Assembly: GCA_951406725.2 (NCBI GenBank)
Contig: OX597816.1
Location: forward strand, 161,200,001-161,264,000
Reading direction: 5' to 3'
DNA length: 64,000 nt
From: Octopus vulgaris
Lineage: Eukaryota
The notes below the pieces were generated by a model. It was not told the origin of the DNA. It searched no databases and saw only the letters and a list, made by a program, of their open reading frames with translations. Positions 55,006 to 64,000 of the stretch are shown one piece after another (position 1 is the first letter of the stretch; every line of letters starts with the position of its first letter). The position numbers and the translations under genes are program-made.

Positions 55006-55399
55006 AAAACAGAAGTTGGAGAAATATTGATAATATGCTTGCATATGTATGCCCGTGGTTAAACATGGGTAATATACCGGTAGTATAATGGATACTTCTA
55101 TCCCTTAGAGAGTTATTTTAATGGTTAACTCAACTAACCTTTATATATAAATATATATATACACACACACACACATATACATATATGCACACACATATAC
55201 ATATATAAACACACATATATGTATATATACACACACACATACATATATGTATATATATTTACATTTATATATGTATGGACATATATAAACAAACAAATAT
55301 ATACATATAGCTCCATGCCCACACAAACAGACAGACTCATACACATAGATGTAAATGTTTATATTTTTCTATCTATTTATCTATTTATCTATCTATCTA

Positions 55400-55434
<35 letters not shown>

Positions 55435-55577
55435 CTATTTACATACATGCATGTGTGTGTGTATCTCTGTGTATATGTATGCATGCATGTATGTATGTGT
55501 GTATTTATGTATGTATGTATGTATGTATGTATGTATGTATGTATGTATGTATGCTTATTATTAAATCTGTAAAAATA

Positions 55578-55790
55578 TCACAAAAAAGCTGTTATTCAGA
55601 GTTTCACGTTTCTGTTTGTTGGACAGTTTTGGTTGTCCAACAAATGGGAATGTGAAACTCTGAGTAACAGTTTTTGTGACATGCTTGCGATGTTTTTGCT
55701 GCTTTGATAATAAAGCATTCTACTCTATCTTCGGTATTCGAGTACTATTTTTTTCCACTTTGTTTCACATTTATGTGCTTACTCTGGTAT
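55578..55790 (+). mobile_element. PLE-like terminal-repeat remnant with two back-to-back decayed hammerheads (55589-55626 minus, 55633-55670 plus)
   Basis: Inverted arms 55578-55625 and 55634-55679. Two-arm consensus CUGU-ccaacaa-ACG-GAAA-CGU-GAAA-CUCUGAG-UA|ACAG. aataaa downstream. Confidence 0.6.
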
Positions 55791-56125
55791 ATATATGTGT
55801 AGGCAGTTAATTGAACTGGCATAGTCATTGGGGTGTTAGATAGAATGCCTTGTGGTAATTGTTCTGGATCACTGTTCTTTGAATTCAAATTCTACCGATG
55901 CTAATGTCAATTTTTATCTCACCAGGGTCTATATATCAGATACCAGCTATATATTGGTGTTGGCTCTTTATCTCTCTTTTCAGACTTTCTTACTCTCTAC
56001 TTATCTCACTCTCTACTTCCCTCCCTCTTTCTTTCCCTTCCTCTGTGTGTATGTGAGTATATATGCAGCACGCAAACAAGCATGCACACACACAAACACA
56101 AAGATATATAAATAAATAGACAGAC

Positions 56126-56188
<63 letters not shown>

Positions 56189-56970
56189 CTGATAGATAGA
56201 TAGAGAGAGAGAGTGAGAGAGAGAGAGATAGGCACAGAGAGAGAGAGATGATATCAAAGCAGTGAGGAACAAAATGAATATATGTATAGGCATTTATTAA
56301 AAGTAAATATAGATATCTTTGTATGTAAGTATATATGTATACAAAATGTGTGTGTACATATGAGTGTATATGTGTGTATATATATGTATATATATACATA
56401 CACTCACACACACATATATATATACATGTATACAAACATACATACATATATATGTGTGTGTGTACATATGCATATATACATATGTATGTGTATGTGTAAA
56501 TATTTATCATCATCATCATCATCGTTTAAGGTCCGTTTTCCATGCTAGCATGATCAATATTCTGGTGTGTAATGATAAATGTATGCATATACATATAGAC
56601 ACACACACACATACATACATTTACATACAGAGATATATTTTTGTATATATGCATATATTTGTATTTATATGTTGATATTATGTTTATATAGTGTATGTAA
56701 ATATAAATTCATGTGTGCATCTGTGTGTATATATATATATATATATATGTAAATATAGATAGAGAGATTGGTAGATTGATATAGATATATAAAATGCAAG
56801 CGGACGCTAAATGATGATGATGGTGAATTATATATATGTGTTTGTGTGTGTGTGTGTATATGTATGTATATATATAAATATACCATAAATAAATATGTGT
56901 CAATATGTACTTAGATGTATGCATGTTTATATGCATATATGTAAAGATATGTGTGTATCTTAGTGTTTGC

Positions 56971-57004
<34 letters not shown>

Positions 57005-57619
57005 CTGAGTGTGATGTAAGAAGTACTCAGCACACCTTGTAAAATGGTTGTCATTAGGAAGGGCATTGAATCGTAGAAACCATGCCCATCCAGATATTGG
57101 AACCCAAAACAGTCCTTGGCCCCATTGGATATTGACATATCCTTAAACTGTCCAACCCATGCCAGCATGGGAAATAGATTTTTAATTATGATGAAAATGG
57201 TGATCATCATACTTATATTCATTTATTGGTACTGTGTGCAAGTGTCTTCTACTATAGCCCTAGGCTGACCAAAGCCTTGTGAGTAGATTTGGTACATGGA
57301 AACTGAAAGAAGCTCATCATATATGTGTGTGTGTGTGTGTGCACACGTGTGTGTATATGTATGCATGTGCACATGTGTGACTGTTTGTCCCCCACCACAG
57401 CTTGACAAGCAGTGTTGGTTTGTTTACATCTCTGTAACTTAGCGGTTCAGTACTGGGTTTGACTAAAACCTCTTCAAGATGGTGCCCCAGTATGGTCGCA
57501 GTCTAGTTACTTAAACAGGTAAAAGATAAAAGACATATATATATTCGCATATGAAAGAATAGAGATGACCAAGGGATAGCTGATTATCCTATGAGCTTCG
57601 TAGGCATCTGTGTATATAG

Positions 57620-57687
<68 letters not shown>

Positions 57688-57979
57688 ATGTATATATATA
57701 TATGTGTATGTATATATATATGTGTATGTATATATATATATATATATATATATGTACATACATACATATATATTTGTTATATATATATATATATAGGTGT
57801 GTGTGTGGAAGTGATGTGAAAATCATGACATACTTAACAACTAAGATTGGCATGTTTCCCTGTCGTAATTTGTTGCCGAAGGAGTGCGACAAGTGGCGAG
57901 ACATTGTGCTGGAGCCAACCTTTCTAATCCATGCCAGGATGAAATAATTGAATGTAGAATGTCCATGATGTAGTTAATG

Positions 57980-58822
57980 TCAATGATGGTGATGATGATG
58001 TTGATGTTGTTGATGATGATGATGTTGCTGTTGTTGTTGTTGGTGGTGGTGGTCTTGATGATCGTGGTGGTCGTGGTCGTGAAGACTGGTGGTGTTGGTG
58101 GTGCTGATGATGGTGGTGGTAGTGGGGGTGATGTTGTTATTGATTGGGGTGGGTGTGGGTGTGGTGGTGATGATGACGGTGGTAGTGGTGGGGATGATGT
58201 GTGGTGGTGATAGTGGTGGTGGTCGTGGTGATGATGATGGTTAGTGGTGGTTGTGGTGGTGGTGGTGGTTGTGGTGGTGGTGGTGGTGGTGGTGTTGTTG
58301 GTGGTGGTAGTAGTGTTGGTGCTGGTGGTGGTGGTGATGTTGATACTGCTGGTGATGATGGGAGTGGTGTGATGATGATGGTGATGATGATGATGTGGTG
58401 ATGATGATGATGATGATAGTGGTGGTGGTGGTGGTGGTGGTGGTGGTGGTGGTGGTGGTGTTGGTGATGGTAGTAGTGTTGGTGCTGGTAGTGGTGGTGA
58501 TGTTGATACTGCTGGTGATGATGGGAGTGGTGTGATGATGATGGTGATGATGATGATGTGGTGATGATAGTGGTGGTAGTGGTGGTGGTGGTGGTGATGA
58601 TAGTGGTGATGATGGTAGTGGTGGTGGTGGTGGTGGTGGTGGTGGTGGTGGTGGTGGTAGTGATGGTGGTGATGGTAGTGGTGGTGGTGGTGGTGGTGGT
58701 GGTGGTGGTGGTGGTGGTGGTGGTGGTGATGATAGTGGTGGTGGTGGTGGTGGTGGTGGTGGTGGTGGTGGTGGTGATGATGGTAGTGGTGGTGGTGGTA
58801 GTGATGGTGGTGACAATGGCAG
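57980..58822. repeat. (GGT)n/(GAT)n field with an internal duplicated block of about 90 bp (58313 and 58476)
   Basis: gatgttgatactgctggtgatgatgggagtggtgtgatg occurs twice. Confidence 0.9.
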
Positions 58823-59429
58823 TTGCATTAATATATATTATGCATACACATACATACATAAATACACATGTATTTGTGTGTGAGACTTGAAAAAATTTGA
58901 ATTAATCTTTCAATGAAGATTACATTTTATTAAAGTAAACCTATTACATGAATTATATTAGTTATAATAGCTAGACTGCTTCATCTTAAAATGCTTCCAG
59001 GATATTATCAGCATGCTGCGTGATTGTTATTCTTGTTGTTTGGTATTTGGTATTTAGTAGAATCAGAGCTAGTGAAAGAGAGTCTTATTTACTTTACACA
59101 AAATATCAAGATAAATTCGCACATGTGAATATATATATATTGTAGCATTTGTGTTTGGGTGTGTTAATATCACCACACACATGCACACATTATGTATGTG
59201 AATGCATGTATGATATGTGTGTGTATGTGTGTGTTTGTGTGTATAGGAATGTATATATATATATATAAAGAGAGAGAGAAAAGGGGAGAGATAGATGGAT
59301 AAAAAAACAGTCAAAATGTATATGTACATATATATATATATATATATACATATTATCATTTAAGAACCGTTGTTAAATGATGGTGATGATGATGAAGATG
59401 AATTGAAAAAACTTAAATATATATACATA

Positions 59430-59600
59430 GGCGCAGGAGTGGCTGTGTGGTAAGTAGCTTGCTAACCAACCACATGGTTCCGGGTTCAGTCCCACTGCGT
59501 GGCATCTTGGGCAAGTGTCTTCTGCTGTAGCCCCAGGCCGACCAATGCCTTGTGAGTGGATTTGGTAGACGGAAACTGAAAGAAGCCTGTCGTATATATG

Positions 59601-59631
<31 letters not shown>

Positions 59632-59840
59632 TTGTGTGTCTGTGTTTGTCCCCCTAGCATTGCCTGACAACCGATGCTGGTGTGTTTACGTCCCTGTCAC
59701 TTAGTGGTTCGGCAAAAGAGACCGAAAGAATAAGTACTGGGCTTACAAAGAATAAGTTCTGGGGTCGATTTGCTCGACTAAAGGCGGTGCTCCAGCATGG
59801 CCGCAGTCAAATGACTGAAACAAGTAAAAGAGTAAAAGAG
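59430..59840 (+). mobile_element. Full-length bipartite CORE-type SINE (family B)
   Basis: gcgcaggagtggctgtgtggtaag...ggttcagtccc...ggcatcttgggcaagtg...microsatellite...gactgaaacaagtaaaagagtaaaagag. Resembles octopus OR-type CORE-SINEs (from recall). Confidence 0.9.
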
Positions 59841-60027
59841 TATACATATATATATATATACATCTATATACATATACATGTATATTCATAGACATCTGCA
59901 TCTATCTATCTATTTATCAATATATATATAAGTGTGTATATATATATATATATACACACATGCACACAAAGATATGTGTGTATGCATGTGTACATATATA
60001 TACTTTCATATACATATATATGTATAT

Positions 60028-60089
<62 letters not shown>

Positions 60090-60398
60090 TGAGTGTGTGT
60101 GTGTGAATGTACTGATATATGCTTATATGTAATCAAATGCTCACACTCATATGCTTTCAGTTTTATTCGCTATTATATGAACATATTTTTTACTAATAAC
60201 AATGGATAGGACTGTTTACATCCATATAAATTCTCATACATGTAGTTTGAAGAACCAGGTCTCCCATACAGTTGTGCCAATTTCATGTACTCTTATATAC
60301 TGAAAACTTTCTTTATCTATGTTCTCTAATTCTATTTAGCCATGATAACCAAGGCCATGCTGGAGCACTTTTTATACATACATAGATATATATATATA

Positions 60399-60441
<43 letters not shown>

Positions 60442-60504
60442 TTATATATGAGGATAATATCGATATTTAATATCAATATATATATGTCTCTCAGACACCC
60501 TCAT

Positions 60505-60563
<59 letters not shown>

Positions 60564-60570
60564 AACGAAG

Positions 60571-60655
60571 AAAAGAAAATGGAGATTAGGAAGTAAATAA
60601 TAGTTTATTTGTTAATAATAAACAATTATTAATTTCCTAATCTTCATTTTCTTTT
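60571..60655. repeat. Imperfect AT-rich hairpin at the start of a unique island inside (TA)n
   Basis: aaaagaaaatggagattaggaa ... ttcctaatcttcattttctttt. Confidence 0.75.
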
Positions 60656-61087
60656 ATTCTGTTGAATGGATATAAACTATGTAGTTGAACATGTTGTTTT
60701 AGGTATTTGTGTATATAAATACATACAATACTAGCTGGTACAATACTAGCTATTGTACCAGTAATTCCTTGGATGCAACCAGCCCTTCATGAAGTTAACA
60801 TATCCTCTAATTAACTTGAATTTTATATATATATATATATGTGTATGTGTGTGTGTGTGTGTGATAGTTTTTGTTAAGCAGTGTTGATTTTTACAATTCT
60901 GTAAATAATAATAATAGTATTTTTATAAACTTAAGGCTTATAAGCAATCACTGTAAATTGACTAAAGAAAATCGTCTAATAATGGGGCATATAAGCCCTT
61001 GATAGAGAAAAGTAGGTTTTCCTGTATGTGTTGGACTTGAACCCACATCTCTTTGTTCATGACCAATTGTTGTGAATATAATACTAT

Positions 61088-61119
<32 letters not shown>

Positions 61120-61146
61120 TTTATATATATATATATTGATAGGGGG

Positions 61147-61199
<53 letters not shown>

Positions 61200-61511
61200 T
61201 GGATAGATAGATAGATAGATAGATGGATTCTAGGTGATCAAATCAAGTCTAGCACTTATTTGAATCTGGTACTAATTACATTATTGATCTTTATTTAACA
61301 AGCCACTCAGTTGCGAGATGGAAAGAAACACAATATAAACAAAAGATTCTGATGCACATAAGCGTGTACGCGTACACTCTTGCACATATTGATACTTACA
61401 CAATGACACATATATATCATTTATATATATATGTATGTATGTATGTAATTATAGTTATGCATATATGTGTGTATTTATGTATATATATGTACATATAGTT
61501 ATGTGTGTATG

Positions 61512-61557
<46 letters not shown>

Positions 61558-61563
61558 TATATT

Positions 61564-61604
<41 letters not shown>

Positions 61605-62022
61605 TTTACATTGGCCTGTTTCTATTTTCTGCATGAAATTGTCACTTACAGTGTCTACATAATATAAAATATTTTTATATCACCATCGTCATCATCATCA
61701 TCATCATCATTCGTCATTGTCATCACTTTTGAGTACATTTTTGTCAGATTTGCATGTGTTAGCTAGCACTTGTATAAATATATACATACATACATACATA
61801 CATGCATACATATGTACGTACGTATACTTATATACATTTATGAATGAATAAGTGTAAACAAAATAACATATAATATTGCATTTTTTATTTCATACTATCA
61901 TGCTCTACACCTACCTGCCTACCTATCTATTTATCTCATTTATTTATCTACCTATACATCCATCCAGGTTTTTGTCTGTCTTTCTGTCTATCTATCCATC
62001 TATCTATCTATCTATCTATCTA

Positions 62023-62077
<55 letters not shown>

Positions 62078-62823
62078 TTCTACCTCTCTATCTATCAATC
62101 TATTATTCTTAAGCTGGCCAAAACTTCGAAGTCACTGTCTACAATTTTCTTGTATAAGAATAATAAGTTTATACTCTACAAAAGTACTGAGTAATCCTTC
62201 GGATTAATGTAAAATTGTTTTACAGTTAAGTGAACGTAAAAGCAAACATTAATATCTGTCTGTCTATATATCTATCTGTTTGTCAGTCTGTCTGTTTATC
62301 TATCCATCCATCTCCTCCTCTCACACTCTCTCTCTGTAATGTGTGTGTGTCTATGTATGTATGCTTGCATATATGTGTGTATGTATGTCTTTATGTACAT
62401 ATGTACATATATAATTATGTTAGTGACCTCTGCATCTTTCTCTTTCTTCAATATTATGTTTTCTTGAAGGACTTTACATTTATAAGAAATCAAAATTAAT
62501 TTGCAAACAAAGTGGGTTATTATAATTCAATGATTTATAGCTATGACCTCCTTTAGAAAACTGAAACATTTTGGAAGAATTAGATATTTTATAACATTTG
62601 GTTGAAATCTTATTAATCTCACATTAACAATCTTTTTTATATTGTTTTATTCTATTCTATTCCAGTAGATTTTTTGTGGGCAGGATTGATATTCTTTAAT
62701 TTTTCTTCTCTACATCAAATTTTTTTCTTTTTCATTCATTTTTTTCTTCATATATTATTTTTTTGTCCAAGAAGATAAACTATCGTAATTCTGTATTTTA
62801 TAGACAGTTGCATGCATGCATGC

Positions 62824-62861
<38 letters not shown>

Positions 62862-63515
62862 ATGTGTGTGTACATGTGTATATATGTATATATAAATATA
62901 TATGCATGTGTGTGTGTTTGTATATATATATATACACACACACACTCACACACATACATACACACACACACACTGACACACACACACACACTGATACACA
63001 CACACACACACTGATACACAGACACACACACACACACTGACACACACAGATATGTGTATACAGATGTGTTTGTATTTTTGTCTATGTGTTTGTATGTATG
63101 TATGTATGTATGTATGTATGTATGTATGTATGTATGTATGTATGTACATACATACATATATATATATATGCAAATATGTGTATGAAATATTCATGCTTGA
63201 ATGGAAAATAAAGCATACAAAATCAACCTAGCTGATTGTGTTTTCACGCTTCATGTTGTTATTATTATTATTATTATTATTACTAGTTTCATTTTCTTCC
63301 CCTCAAGGTTGAATTTACTTTTTTTTTCCATGATTTATTTAATTTCATTTTGAATTATTTTATTTGTTTATTTTTCTTTTAAACGCAACCTAGAATTCAA
63401 TAATTCGATAAAGCCAGACGAATCTTCAGAGGAAAGAGTGGGAAGCAACAGTGGAAATGGTAAAGAAAGAAGATAGGGGGATCAAGAATGAGAGAGAGAG
63501 AATGAGAAAGAGAAT

Positions 63516-63561
<46 letters not shown>

Positions 63562-64000
63562 TACTTATATAAGAAGAGTGATGGTGGGATTGATATATCA
63601 TCATCATCATTTGATGATGATGATGATGATGATGATATATATATATATGTATGTATGTATGTATATATATGAGAGAGCTAGAGGCGAGAGAGAGAGTGAG
63701 AGAGACCAGAGTTGATGGTGAAATAGATTGGTAGAGAGATGGGGAGAATGGCGAAAAGGGTGAAGATATGTTGATATGTTGTGGGTGATGTTACAATGTG
63801 TATTATACAGTTGGGATGATTGATTATTACGCTATTTTGCTGTTCTCGGAGAATCTTTACAATGTCTTTATGAATCATCAAAAAAACAAACAAACAAACA
63901 AAAGCAAACAACCTTCAGCAACAACAATTACAGCAATGACAATAACAACAAAAAAAAGTAGGTTTCATTTGTGTGAAGGTAGAAAATGGAATTAGCCAGC

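Noticed and set aside
57977-58890. 240-aa, 195-aa and 110-aa ORFs
   Set aside because: (GGT)n/(GAT)n read-through.

Overview
AT-rich, microsatellite-saturated eukaryotic non-coding DNA. The repeat content (tRNA-derived and CORE-type SINEs, RTE 3' ends, extreme TA/CA/TCTA/GGT tracts) looks like an octopod cephalopod genome; this is inferred from pattern recognition, not a search. No intact host protein-coding gene is supported, and nearly all long ORFs are microsatellite read-through. Recognisable fossils: a Helitron with a PIF1 fragment, a Helentron-type HINE, an R4/Dong REL-endonuclease 3' end, a 5'-truncated RTE LINE whose 3' UTR matches about 15 dispersed tail copies, three mariner fossils, hAT and pogo-like MITEs, and dozens of SINEs. 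Main hidden signal: at least six loci from unrelated families carry whole or partial minimal type-I hammerhead ribozyme motifs of the Penelope-like element (PLE) kind. One is near-intact (51786-51843, minus) and one is attached to a tRNA-like Pol III head. Four of the six sit in fold-back (inverted) elements whose symmetry axis lies in or beside the ribozyme. Second candidate structured-RNA system: a tandem array of hairpin plus compact H-type pseudoknot modules in the RTE 3' UTR. All RNA structures were paired by eye, not computed.
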